From an uncultured bacterium (GTDB lineage: Bacteria; UBA8481): a DNA stretch of 64,000 bases. The stretch covers positions 124,001-188,000 of the forward strand of contig CAZCME010000005.1 in the NCBI GenBank assembly GCA_964499705.1. Direction: 5' to 3'. Shown here piece after piece: positions 18,591 to 28,407 of the stretch. The first letter of the stretch is position 1; each line of letters starts with the position of its first letter. The notes beneath the pieces are model-generated. The model did no database searches and was not told where the DNA came from. It worked only from the letters and a program-made list of their open reading frames with translations. The position numbers and the translations under genes are program-made.

Positions 18591-20873
18591 ATGAGGAAAA
18601 TCGTCTTTGGCCTTCTTGTTCTCTCGATCATGGCGTTTCCGGAAGCGGGATACGCGGGATTCATCAACGACCACGCGGCCACTCTCGTCATCGGCCAGTC
18701 CGATTTCAACTCCATCCTGAAGGCGAACGCCGGCGAGGATGAGCCCAACGCGTTCGGGCTCAACAACAACAACCAGTGCGTGCCGGCCGTCTCCGATCCG
18801 GCGACCACGGGCGGCGTGGAAATCCTCGTCATCCCCGACCGCGAGAACAACCGCGCGCTCGTCTTCCGAGGCAGGCCGACCGCGAACAAGCCGCGCGCCG
18901 ATTACGCCATCGGACAGGCGGACCTGACATCGCATGGCGTCAACCGAGGAGAGAATTTCGCTGCGGCGAATACGCTGAACAATCCGCTCGGCGCCGCCTT
19001 CAGTCCGCTCGGTCAGCTCGTCATTGTCGACCGTGAAAACTTCCGGATCCTCATCTGGCATACGATGCCGGCCGACGGCGATGTGCCCGCCGACGTTGTC
19101 CTCGGACAGCCGGATTTCCGCTCCAAGGACGAACCGGCCACCTCCCGTTCCTCCGTCAGCGTTCCCGATGCCGCGGTCTGTTTTGGCACGAAACTTCTCG
19201 TCGCCGACCGCGGAAACAGCCGCGTCATGATCTGGAACGACATCCGTCCCGGCCATATCTCCAACAACCAACCCGCCGATATCGTCGTGGGCCAGCCCGA
19301 TTTCACATCCAAGGAAGGTAACGTGGTCTCGGCCTCGATGCTCTCGAATCCCCGCGGCGTCGCGGTCTCCCCTGACGGCAGGCTGGTCGTCAGCAGTTTC
19401 ACCCAGAGCCGCGTTCTCATCTGGAATTCCATTCCCACGACGAACGGCGCGCCGGCAGACCTCGTCCTGGGTCAGCCCGATTTCACCACGGCGGATCAGG
19501 CGTGGGGCAGCCGCGGCATGAGCACTGTCCGGGGCATCGCCATTTCGCGCGACGGGGTGCTCGCCGTGGCCGACAATGGCAACGGACGCATCCTCATCTG
19601 GAACAAGGTCCCGACTACGAGCCAGGCTCCCGCCGAAAAGGTTCTCAATGCCCGGTTTCCCGACGAGAGCATCATCAACGATTACAGGAGGCCCGAAGAT
19701 GACCGGAACGTCCGCGGGCTCGGTCTGACATTCACCATCGACGGCTGGCTCTATCTCGGCGACGACTTCCGAACGCTTCTCATCAATCCGAATGACCTGC
19801 GAGGTCACCAGGAATATACCGGACCCGTCACGATATCGCCGCGCGAAATCTACATTCCGCTCGGACAGGCCGTGCGGTTCACCGCTGCCGGAGGCACCGG
19901 CGGCATCAGGCTCTGGGAAGGCAACGGCATGGCGCCCATGTATTATCCGGGGATGCCCGGCGCGCCCACTCGGCAGATCGGGCTCGATCCGGCAACCGGT
20001 GAATTCTGGCCCGGTGACGCGCCGACGAATTACAGCACCATGAGCACGGTCAACATCGGTGGAATGCCCCGGCAGATCTTCGCCACCGACCGCGACACCA
20101 ACAATGTCGATACCGCTTCCGTCTGGATCTACAGTCCGCTGGTTCTCTGGCCCGATAAGGCGCTCGCTCCTCCGGGCTACTGGTTCAACGTGCAGGCTTA
20201 CGGCGGTGTGGTGAAAGCCTGGTGGACCGTCAACCAGGCGACTCCGGGATATATCGCTCCGCCGCCCGTCGTGGGCGCACCGTTGTCGGAGTGGCAAGCC
20301 GGCGCACCGGCTCCGCCGTCCGGCGCGATCGGCGCGGCACCCACGGGTGGGGTCGGTCTCGGAATGGGATTGCCCGGTTATTACATGGCGCAGATGCCTC
20401 AACCCGAAGGCTCCCCGACCATGACGATGCAGATGCCGCTGGCCAACCCGGGATACTCGGTGACGATCGAGGTGAACCGCTCCGGCGCGACACTCGACGG
20501 CACGCGTTATGTCGCGGGTCCGATGGGCGGCGTGGAAGATGTGCTGAAGCTGACGGACGCGATGGGTCATGAGGCCCGCGCGACCGTTCTGGTTCCCGTT
20601 CCCCTGACGTTGAATCCGTCCGGGACGCCACCTTCTCCCGGAATGATGCCGGCCCTCACGGTCCGGCCCGGCGAGCGTATCTCCTTCACGGCTTCCGGCG
20701 GCAGCGGAACGTACGAATGGACGCCGTTCTGGTCCGGATCGGGTTCGACGTTCGATCCCGCGACCGGCGAGTATGTGGCCGGAACGAACGCTAATCCGGA
20801 TTACAGTGAATGGGTGGGAATCCGCGACGGTTACGGCCTGACCGCCGGAGTCAACATCAAGATTCAGCCCTGA
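18591..20873 (+). CDS. secreted NHL-repeat beta-propeller protein with C-terminal Ig-like repeats
   Basis: Signal peptide; repeated ADxVxGQPDF / xRVxIWN units; two FTAxGGxG...DPATGE units. Start at ATG 18591 with SD GAGGT. Confidence 0.8.
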   Translation: MRKIVFGLLVLSIMAFPEAGYAGFINDHAATLVIGQSDFNSILKANAGEDEPNAFGLNNNNQCVPAVSDPATTGGVEILVIPDRENNRALVFRGRPTANKPRADYAIGQADLTSHGVNRGENFAAANTLNNPLGAAFSPLGQLVIVDRENFRILIWHTMPADGDVPADVVLGQPDFRSKDEPATSRSSVSVPDAAVCFGTKLLVADRGNSRVMIWNDIRPGHISNNQPADIVVGQPDFTSKEGNVVSASMLSNPRGVAVSPDGRLVVSSFTQSRVLIWNSIPTTNGAPADLVLGQPDFTTADQAWGSRGMSTVRGIAISRDGVLAVADNGNGRILIWNKVPTTSQAPAEKVLNARFPDESIINDYRRPEDDRNVRGLGLTFTIDGWLYLGDDFRTLLINPNDLRGHQEYTGPVTISPREIYIPLGQAVRFTAAGGTGGIRLWEGNGMAPMYYPGMPGAPTRQIGLDPATGEFWPGDAPTNYSTMSTVNIGGMPRQIFATDRDTNNVDTASVWIYSPLVLWPDKALAPPGYWFNVQAYGGVVKAWWTVNQATPGYIAPPPVVGAPLSEWQAGAPAPPSGAIGAAPTGGVGLGMGLPGYYMAQMPQPEGSPTMTMQMPLANPGYSVTIEVNRSGATLDGTRYVAGPMGGVEDVLKLTDAMGHEARATVLVPVPLTLNPSGTPPSPGMMPALTVRPGERISFTASGGSGTYEWTPFWSGSGSTFDPATGEYVAGTNANPDYSEWVGIRDGYGLTAGVNIKIQP

Positions 20874-20880
20874 CGTAAAA

Positions 20881-20915
20881 CGGGATCGGGCTTGCGCCAT
20901 GCAGGCCTGATCCCG
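20881..20915. terminator. probable intrinsic terminator between convergent genes
   Basis: CGGGATCGGGCTTGC-gccat-GCAGGCCTGATCCCG stem; upstream AAAA gives a U-tract on the minus strand. Confidence 0.55.
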
Positions 20916-20948
20916 GAAAAGGAACGGGAATATCCTCTCGAACGCGAC

Positions 20949-21380
20949 CTACTGCTCTTCCGATTCCTCGCGCATCTTCTCGACAAGGAACGACGCGAGC
21001 GTGCGAGCGGCCGCAAGGAGCCGAGGCGCCTCGTTCCTGACGCGAGCGACATCCAATTTCTCATAGTCGTGAACAATCCGATTGTGTAAGGAAATGTATC
21101 GCCTCTCGAAATTCAACGCGGCTTCCTCGTGATACCACCCCTTCTCGCGAGCGCGTTCGATCGCCTCACGGCTTGACCCGGGATTCGTCCAACCCAGGCC
21201 GGCCGCCAATTCGAATCCGATATCAGCCACGCATTCCACGATCAACTGTATCAATCTTTCCAACGCGCGCCGATGCGCGGACGATACGACGAACGCCGCC
21301 AACAATTCTTCAAGCTCAGAGCAATAACCCAGCAGGAGCTTGAGTTTTTCCTCGCCCAGGCGCTTCAGATCAGGAGGCAT
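20949..21380 (-). CDS. hepT: HepT-like (DUF86) HEPN ribonuclease toxin
   Basis: ALERLIQLIVECVADI and LHNRIVHDYEKLD; ATG 21380 overlaps the antitoxin end. Confidence 0.8.
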   Translation of the reverse strand: MPPDLKRLGEEKLKLLLGYCSELEELLAAFVVSSAHRRALERLIQLIVECVADIGFELAAGLGWTNPGSSREAIERAREKGWYHEEAALNFERRYISLHNRIVHDYEKLDVARVRNEAPRLLAAARTLASFLVEKMREESEEQ

Positions 21381-21768
21381 GGACTGCCGTCCCCAACGCG
21401 GATGCCTGCCGTCGGAACCATTTATCGTTATCCTCGTAGCGGCGCATTGCCCAGGAGAAGAATCGGATATAACTTTCGGGATGAGCCAGATACTCCGGTT
21501 TTCCATGCCGCGCGATCTCGCCGAGAAGCAGCGGTGAGGCGCGGGAGATATCGACGAGATCGATTTCTTCGGCCGGCCGGATGACTTTCCAGATTTCATA
21601 TTCGATATCGATCAGATCGTCCCAGGTCCAGCGTGGATGATGGGGACGTCGCGCGATCGCCAGATCTAGATCGCTCTCGCCATGCAACCGCCCCTTTGCC
21701 GATGATCCGAACCGGATGATAAGCTCGATGCCATACTTCTCCGCGATTGAATCGTACGGTGTCGCCAT
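21370..21768 (-). CDS. mntA: MntA-type minimal nucleotidyltransferase antitoxin
   Basis: FGSSAKGRLHGESDLDLAI (GS-x10-DxD), IDLVDISRASPLL. Confidence 0.85.
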   Translation of the reverse strand: MATPYDSIAEKYGIELIIRFGSSAKGRLHGESDLDLAIARRPHHPRWTWDDLIDIEYEIWKVIRPAEEIDLVDISRASPLLLGEIARHGKPEYLAHPESYIRFFSWAMRRYEDNDKWFRRQASALGTAVHAS

Positions 21769-21824
21769 TCTCGAAGTATAGCTTGTCGCAAACGTGAGCG
21801 AATGGCGAAAAAGGAATTACCAGC

Positions 21825-23027
21825 TCACTCCGCCGAGAGCGCCTCCACGGGATCGAGCATCGCGGCGCGCCGGGCGGGCAGGACACCGCTGAGCATTCCC
21901 ACGATGAAGCTGACGCCGATCGCCAGCACCGCGAATTCGATCGGCGTCGCCAGCGGCAGCTGCGGGACGAAATATCCCAGCAGGCGCGACAGCCCGAATC
22001 CGGTCGCGAGTCCGATGATGCCTCCCGTCGTGGAAAGCATCACGGCTTCGCCGATGAAGAGCATGAGGATCTGGCCGTTCGTCGCCCCCAGCGCCTTCGC
22101 CAGGCCGATCTCCGCGGTCCGCTCGTTCACCGAAATCCACATCATCGTCAGGATTCCGATCGCGCCCACGATGAGCGAAATCGCTCCGATGCCCAGCACA
22201 GCCGCGCTCACGATCCGGATGACATCCTCCAGCGTTCCGAGCATCTCCGTCTGCGTCACGATCGTGAAATCCTCGTCGCCGCGATGAAGCGAGATGAGCG
22301 ACTTCCTGATCGATTCGCTGACCGCATGCGTGGCGGAGACGTTGGAGAAGAGAACGTCGATCTCCATCAGGCCTTCGCGGTTGAAGATCGGGAGCGCGCG
22401 GGAGACGGGGATGTACGCGGCGTCGTCGATGTTGATGCCGAGCATGTATCCCTTGGGCGCCATGATGCCGATGACGAGAAATCGTTCTCCGCCGATCCGG
22501 ACGTGCTCGCCCAGAGCGTTGCGGTCGCCGAAGATCTCGCGCTTCAAGCCCGGACCGATGACCGCCAGGGGTGCGCCATGCCGCGGGTCGCCCGGAGGAA
22601 GAAACGATCCCTGCCGGAGCTTGAACTTCCAGACGTCCGTCATCTCGGCCGTGACGCCGTAGATGAAGACGCTCCGCGCCCGATCGCTCGATTCGACGCG
22701 CGCCGTTCCGAACGCGACCGGCACGACCTTCTCGACGCCCGGGATCCGCGCGACGGCCGCCGCATCGTCGAGGGTGAGCGGATGGAGCGTGCCGCCGAAG
22801 ACGCCCGCCGGCCCCGTCGTCTTGCTCCGACCCGGCGTCACCTGCAGCAGGTTCGCGCCGAACTGCATGAACTCGGAGAGAATGTACTGCCGCGTTCCTT
22901 CGCCGATGGACGTGAGGAGGATGACCGACGCGATGCCGATGACGATGCCGAGCATCGTGAGGATGGACCGGAGCCGGTGCGAGGCGACCGCGGATGTCGT
23001 ATAGCGGATGAGATCCCGCGTTCTCAT
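21825..23027 (-). CDS. MacB/FtsX-type ABC transporter permease
   Basis: LRSILTMLGIVIGIASVI, SVNERTAEIGLAKALGA, PARRAAMLDPVEAL. Confidence 0.9.
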   Translation of the reverse strand: MRTRDLIRYTTSAVASHRLRSILTMLGIVIGIASVILLTSIGEGTRQYILSEFMQFGANLLQVTPGRSKTTGPAGVFGGTLHPLTLDDAAAVARIPGVEKVVPVAFGTARVESSDRARSVFIYGVTAEMTDVWKFKLRQGSFLPPGDPRHGAPLAVIGPGLKREIFGDRNALGEHVRIGGERFLVIGIMAPKGYMLGINIDDAAYIPVSRALPIFNREGLMEIDVLFSNVSATHAVSESIRKSLISLHRGDEDFTIVTQTEMLGTLEDVIRIVSAAVLGIGAISLIVGAIGILTMMWISVNERTAEIGLAKALGATNGQILMLFIGEAVMLSTTGGIIGLATGFGLSRLLGYFVPQLPLATPIEFAVLAIGVSFIVGMLSGVLPARRAAMLDPVEALSAE

Positions 23028-23031
23028 CGGA

Positions 23032-24237
23032 TCATCTCCGCGCCAGAGCCGTGACGGGGTCGAGCCGCGCGGCGCGTCGCGCCGGAATCGCGCCGAAGAT
23101 GACGCCGACGGAGACGGAGACAAGAACGGCGGCGATGACCGCCCAGACCGGAGGCTGCGCGGGAAATTCCGGGTAGATGTACTGGAGAATCCGGCCCGCG
23201 GCCAGGCCCGCCGCGAGACCGATGAACCCTCCGATCGAGGAGAGGATCGACGCCTCCGCGAGAAAGACGGCGATGATCTGGTAGTAGGTCGCGCCGAGCG
23301 CCTTCAGGAGCCCGACCTCCTTCGTGCGTTCCGAGACGGAGACGAGCATCACGTTCATGATGCTGATCCCCGCGACCGTCAGCGATATCGCCGCGATCCC
23401 GCCGAGCGCGTAGGTGAGGATGGAGAGGATATTATTGAAGGTCGTCAGGACCGCGTCCTGCGTGAAGATCGTGACGTCCTCCACGTTGTCATGCCTCTCC
23501 TTCAGGATCGCCTGGACGTCCTTCTTGACCGACGTCACCTGCTCGTACGAGTTCGCCTCCACGAGCATCCGGAAGAGTCCGCGCTGGTTCAACAGTCGCA
23601 TGCCGGTCGCGACGGGCACCATCACCATGTCGTCGATGTTTCCGCTCACCGTCGTTCCCGCGGGCGTGATCGTGCCGATGACGCGAAAGCGCGTCCCGCC
23701 GATCCTGATATATTCCCCCAGCGGATTGACGCTGCCGAAGAGTTCCGTCCGGACCTTCGCGCCCAGCACGCAGATCCGAGCCTCGCGGTCCAGTTCGCCT
23801 TCCGGGAGGAATCGTCCCGAGGAGAGCGTCAGCTGCCGGATCTTCCGGAATTCCGCCGTCGTCCCGACCATCATCGCCTCGCGGCTTCTCTCGCCGTAGC
23901 GGGCAGCGGCCGAGCCGATCGTGACGGGCGCGACCCAGCGGACGCCGCGCACGCGCTCCTGCACCGCGCGGCCATCCTCCAGCGTGAGATCGTTCTGCGT
24001 GCCGCCGAAGACGGGGGCCGTGCCGGTCGTCTCCGTCTTGCCCGGAAGGACGATGATGAGATTCGATCCCAGCGTCGAAAACTCCCCCATGATGTAGAGC
24101 CGCGCGCCCTCGCCGAGGCTCGTCAGGGCGATGACGGAGGCCACGCCGATCGCGACTCCCAGGATCGAGAGAAAAGCGCGCAGCCGGTGGCCTCGCAGGG
24201 CACCGGAGGCGAAACGTGTTATATCTAATATGGACAT
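23032..24237 (-). CDS. MacB/FtsX-type ABC transporter permease
   Basis: LRAFLSILGVAIGVASV, SVSERTKEVGLLKALGA, PARRAARLDPVTAL. Confidence 0.9.
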   Translation of the reverse strand: MSILDITRFASGALRGHRLRAFLSILGVAIGVASVIALTSLGEGARLYIMGEFSTLGSNLIIVLPGKTETTGTAPVFGGTQNDLTLEDGRAVQERVRGVRWVAPVTIGSAAARYGERSREAMMVGTTAEFRKIRQLTLSSGRFLPEGELDREARICVLGAKVRTELFGSVNPLGEYIRIGGTRFRVIGTITPAGTTVSGNIDDMVMVPVATGMRLLNQRGLFRMLVEANSYEQVTSVKKDVQAILKERHDNVEDVTIFTQDAVLTTFNNILSILTYALGGIAAISLTVAGISIMNVMLVSVSERTKEVGLLKALGATYYQIIAVFLAEASILSSIGGFIGLAAGLAAGRILQYIYPEFPAQPPVWAVIAAVLVSVSVGVIFGAIPARRAARLDPVTALARR

Positions 24238-24241
24238 ATGA

Positions 24242-24916
24242 CTACTGGGGTGCGTCCGATTCGATCGATCCGTCCGCGATCCGGATGCACCTCTTCGCGC
24301 GCCGACCGATCTCCGCGTCGTGCGTGACGATGACGAGCGTCAAACCGTGCCGGTTCATGTCCTCCAGGAGCTCGATGATCTCCCAGCCCGTGTGCCGGTC
24401 GAGGTTGCCCGTCGGTTCGTCGGCCAGCAGCAGAGCCGGCTCCATCACGATCGCGCGCGCGATCGCCACGCGCTGACGCTCTCCGCCGGAAAGCTGGCTG
24501 GGACGATGCGACGAGCGCTCTCCGAGGTGAACGCGGTCGAGGGCCGCCTTCACGCGCGTTTTCCGCGCGGCCGGTTCGATGCCCGCGAAGACCATCGGCA
24601 GATCGACATTGTTGTGAGCCGAGAGGCGCGGGACGAGGTGGAAGAACTGGAAGACAAATCCGATCCGCTTCTGGCGCAGTTCGGCCAGGTCGCCCTCGGA
24701 GAGACCTCCAACGTCGCGGCCTTCGAACTGGTAGAGCCCGGATGTCGGGCGATCGAGGCAGCCGAGCATGTTGAGGAGCGTGGACTTGCCCGATCCCGAT
24801 GGGCCCATGATGGCCACGTACTCGCCGCTTGAAATCGTGAAGCTGACGCCGCGCAGCGCGTGCACCGCGGTCGCGCCGCCTTCGTAGACGCGCGTGACGT
24901 TCGAGAGCGAGATCAC
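24242..24916 (-). CDS. ABC transporter ATP-binding protein (LolD/MacB-type)
   Basis: GPSGSGKST, LSGGERQRVAIARA, LLADEPTGNLD. Confidence 0.92.
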   Translation of the reverse strand: MISLSNVTRVYEGGATAVHALRGVSFTISSGEYVAIMGPSGSGKSTLLNMLGCLDRPTSGLYQFEGRDVGGLSEGDLAELRQKRIGFVFQFFHLVPRLSAHNNVDLPMVFAGIEPAARKTRVKAALDRVHLGERSSHRPSQLSGGERQRVAIARAIVMEPALLLADEPTGNLDRHTGWEIIELLEDMNRHGLTLVIVTHDAEIGRRAKRCIRIADGSIESDAPQ

Positions 24917-24956
24917 CGCGGGCTCGTGACGCGCACCGTCCTGGAGGCGCCCGGAC

Positions 24957-26120
24957 TCATGGAGCCTTTTCTCCGGAGATGACCGCTGCGGCGCCTTCCT
25001 TCACTTCCGCGCGATCCAGCGAGATGACGACGTTCTCGCCCTCCCGCAGGCCGCCCGTTATTTCCGTGTACTGCCAGTTGGAGATCCCTCGCTCCACGGG
25101 AACCCCTACCAGCATGCCGTCGCGGATCACGAGCACCTTGCCTCCTTCGAGGATCGCGTACGTGGGTACCCGGAGGACGTCATCCCGCGAATCGAGGATG
25201 ATCTCCACATCCGCCGTCGCTCCGGGCACGAAGTCACGCGGCCTGTCCGCCGCCGATGTCGACGCTCCGAAATCCGCCTCGATCTCGAACGTGCGATTCT
25301 GTTCCAGCTTGTCCAGGACGTACGGAGCGATGCTCGTGATCGTTCCCTCGAACGCGCTGTCTCCGAACGCGTCGACCGAGATCCGGACGGGCAGGCCGAC
25401 ATGAACGCGCGCGAGATCCACTTCATCGAGGGGCGCGCTCACATAGATGGAATCGAGATCCACGAGATCGATGACCGCGGGAATATTGACGCCGGGAGGT
25501 GACGGACTGAGCCATTCGCCCAGCTCGGTGGAGAGATCGGCGACGACACCGTCGAACGGCGCATGGATCATGGTCTTTTCGAAGGAGGCTTGCGCGGCCT
25601 GGAGGGAGGCTCCGGCCTGCCGCGCACGCTCCCGCGCGCCTTCGACGCCGGCGAGCGCGACATGGCGCCGGCTCTCGATCGCCTCGAACGCCGACGGCGC
25701 GATAGCGCTGTCGGATGCGAGGGCCCTGTTGCGATCGAGTTCGCGGCCGGCCTGGGCCGCTTCCAGCGAGGATTGCTTCTCGGCAGCCCGGGCCGCCGCA
25801 AGCGCGCGCTCCGCCTGCAGAACCTGCGCGCGGTATTCCGAGTCGTCGAGCCGGAGCAGAAGCTGGCCCTTATGAACGACATCGCCCCTGCGGATCGTCA
25901 GCTCGATCACACGACCGCTCACTGCGGGACTGAGCTGTGCCCGCTGGCGGGAACGAATCGTGCCGGCCTTGGAGTTGACGACGATCTTCTCGACCCGTCC
26001 CCGCTCCACGGGCTGCACCGTCACGGGAACAGGATTCGTGCGAAAGACGGTGAACTTCAGGGCGATCCCGATCGCCACAAGGACGAGCGTCGCGATGACG
26101 ATCCGTATCAGGCGTTTCAT
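24957..26120 (-). CDS. efflux periplasmic adaptor (MacA/HlyD-type membrane fusion protein)
   Basis: N-terminal TM, SGRVIEL...GDVVHKGQLLLRLD, coiled coil, IHAPFDGVV. Confidence 0.9.
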   Translation of the reverse strand: MKRLIRIVIATLVLVAIGIALKFTVFRTNPVPVTVQPVERGRVEKIVVNSKAGTIRSRQRAQLSPAVSGRVIELTIRRGDVVHKGQLLLRLDDSEYRAQVLQAERALAAARAAEKQSSLEAAQAGRELDRNRALASDSAIAPSAFEAIESRRHVALAGVEGARERARQAGASLQAAQASFEKTMIHAPFDGVVADLSTELGEWLSPSPPGVNIPAVIDLVDLDSIYVSAPLDEVDLARVHVGLPVRISVDAFGDSAFEGTITSIAPYVLDKLEQNRTFEIEADFGASTSAADRPRDFVPGATADVEIILDSRDDVLRVPTYAILEGGKVLVIRDGMLVGVPVERGISNWQYTEITGGLREGENVVISLDRAEVKEGAAAVISGEKAP

Positions 26121-26202
26121 GCGGAGAGAATAACAGGTTCGGCTTCACTCTTCCATCCCGACACCCTTGCTGGATGTCACAGGCATCGCGTACGATTGTC
26201 TT

Positions 26203-27297
26203 ATGCTCGCCTATCTCCTCATTGTCACCCTGCTCGCCGCTCCGCCGGCATCTCTTCCCCGGCCGGATCTGCCCGTCGAACGCATCAAGCTTCCCGCGGG
26301 ATTCTCCGTCGCCGTGTACGCGCAGGGGCTGAAGAACGCCCGCTCCATGGCGCGCGCATCCGACGGCACGATCTTCGTCGGCACGAGGACGGCCGGAGCG
26401 GTCTACGCGCTGCGGGACACGGATGGCGACGGCAGGGCTGATCTCGTATGGACCATCGCCCGGGGACTCAACATGCCGAATGGCATCGCCTTCCGGAACG
26501 GTTCGCTCTACGTCGCCGAAATTCATCGCGTGATCCGCTACGACCGCATCCTCTCGAAGCTCGATAACCCTCCCAAGCCCGTCGTCGTGAACGGCCGGCT
26601 GCCGACGGAGAAGCATCATGGCTGGCGGTACATGAAATTCGGACCTGACGGGAAGCTGTATATCTCCATCGGCGCGCCGTGCAATGCCTGCGAAGTAAAG
26701 GATCCCTACGGCACGATTGTCCGGATGAATCCCGACGGTTCCGGCATGGAAGTCTTCGCGCGCGGCATCCGGAATTCCGTGGGTTTCGCGTGGGCGCCCG
26801 AGGACAACGCCCTCTGGTTCACCGACAACGGGCGCGACATGATGGGAGACGACATCCCGCCCGACGAACTGAATCGCGCTCCTGTCGCCAATCTCCACTT
26901 CGGTTTTCCCTATGTGCACGGCTTCGACATCCGGGATCCGGAGCATGGAAAAAAGCAGGGGGATTTGAACTTCAACTCCCCCGCGCAGCCGCTCGGAGCG
27001 CACGTCGCCGCGCTCGGCATGATCTTCTACACGGGATCGATGTTTCCGGAAGCCTATCGCAACCAGGTGCTCATCGCGGAGCATGGCTCGTGGAACCGCT
27101 CGAAGAAGATCGGCTACCGGATCTCGCTCGTGAAGCGCGACGGCGCGAAGACGCTCTCCTACGAATTGTTCGCCTCGGGCTGGATGAACGAGGAACGCGC
27201 CTGGGGACGACCGGTCGACCTGCTGCAGTTGCCGGATGGATCGCTCCTGGTCTCCGACGATCACGCCGGGGCCATCTACAGGATCACATTCCCTTAA
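26203..27297 (+). CDS. PQQ-dependent sugar/sorbosone dehydrogenase family (GSDH) protein
   Basis: IKLPAGFSVAVYA, HHGWRYMKFGPDGKLY, GIRNSVGF, AEHGSWNRS, GRPVD...LLVSDD. Confidence 0.88.
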   Translation: MLAYLLIVTLLAAPPASLPRPDLPVERIKLPAGFSVAVYAQGLKNARSMARASDGTIFVGTRTAGAVYALRDTDGDGRADLVWTIARGLNMPNGIAFRNGSLYVAEIHRVIRYDRILSKLDNPPKPVVVNGRLPTEKHHGWRYMKFGPDGKLYISIGAPCNACEVKDPYGTIVRMNPDGSGMEVFARGIRNSVGFAWAPEDNALWFTDNGRDMMGDDIPPDELNRAPVANLHFGFPYVHGFDIRDPEHGKKQGDLNFNSPAQPLGAHVAALGMIFYTGSMFPEAYRNQVLIAEHGSWNRSKKIGYRISLVKRDGAKTLSYELFASGWMNEERAWGRPVDLLQLPDGSLLVSDDHAGAIYRITFP

Positions 27298-28340
27298 TCC
27301 TTCAGGACAGTTCCGCGCGTTCGCGTCTTCGCCCGCGCCACGGCGGCCGCCAGAGCCTGGCGCACGGTGGCCTCCCCGTATTTTCTTTCGAGATGGAGGA
27401 TCCGGAAATAATCCTTCGATGCGATATGCCCCGTCTTCTGGAAGGCGACATTCAAGGCGGAGTTGATGACGGCGCCGGCGAGCGGAACGAGCATGCCGAG
27501 TTCCTTTTCGGTGAGGACGAGGCCAAGGCGACCGGCCACGAAATTCAGAAGCTGCACCAGGCGCGGCGCTTCCTTCTGCAGCAGGTTCTCCACGCCGGTC
27601 TTCCTCGCCATGTAGATTCCCGCTTCCCGGATCGATTCCACGGCAGCCAGTTTCGCGGCGAAGTAGCCCTCGTCTGGAGATTCCGACGGCGGAGCCATGG
27701 CCGCGATGACGTGAAACCGGTTTCCGGCCTGCCGCGGCGAATATCCATAGCTCGACGCGACGCAGCCGACGTGGCGCGACAGGAGCGTCATCGATGCGGA
27801 CACGTCGAACGCGATGAAGGCGGGGATCAGAACCTGGGCGAAGGGGATGCCCTCGGAGATTGTCGTCGCGGCTCCGAGGACGGCTCCCTCCAGCCCGAGA
27901 GCGACCGCGTGTCCGGCGTCGAATCGGTCGGCCAGCCGGTCGAGGTCTTCCAGAGGGAAAGAGTGAAGGTCCGTCACGGAGATCGCGTCCATGCCGAGCG
28001 AATGCGCCGTGGAGAGGACGCGTTCGTCGGAGGAAATCCTCGACGCGGCGGAGGTGGCGGCTTCCAGAGCCTTGTGCACGCCGCCGGCAACAAGGTCGGA
28101 AGCCCGGCGGAAGGATTTGATCCGGGATTTCATGGCGTAATCGAGCACCTTCTCGATGGGTTTTCCGGCGCGGGAGAGCACCTGCCGGACAAAGTTCGGC
28201 GAGACGATATGCAGGGCGATCTCGTCGATGACGCGGAGCTCATACTCGTCAAATGCGGGCATGTACGACAGCGCCGTGCCGGTCCCGACTCCGGCGGGCG
28301 GTGCGATCATGACGTCGGAAGGCTCCAGGACGATCTCCAT
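27294..28340 (-). CDS. EcsC family protein
   Basis: LEGAVLG, IPAFIAFDV, ASSYGY, VPLAGAVINSALN, FRILHLERKYG. Confidence 0.75.
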   Translation of the reverse strand: MEIVLEPSDVMIAPPAGVGTGTALSYMPAFDEYELRVIDEIALHIVSPNFVRQVLSRAGKPIEKVLDYAMKSRIKSFRRASDLVAGGVHKALEAATSAASRISSDERVLSTAHSLGMDAISVTDLHSFPLEDLDRLADRFDAGHAVALGLEGAVLGAATTISEGIPFAQVLIPAFIAFDVSASMTLLSRHVGCVASSYGYSPRQAGNRFHVIAAMAPPSESPDEGYFAAKLAAVESIREAGIYMARKTGVENLLQKEAPRLVQLLNFVAGRLGLVLTEKELGMLVPLAGAVINSALNVAFQKTGHIASKDYFRILHLERKYGEATVRQALAAAVARAKTRTRGTVLKD

Positions 28341-28407
28341 GCAAAAATCTTCCCGCGCGAACGGCTGGATTGCAACCTTTATCCATCAGGCTACAATCGA
28401 CGGCGAA

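Noticed and set aside
18573-20900. 775-aa minus-strand ORF
   Set aside because: Antisense shadow of the NHL-repeat gene.
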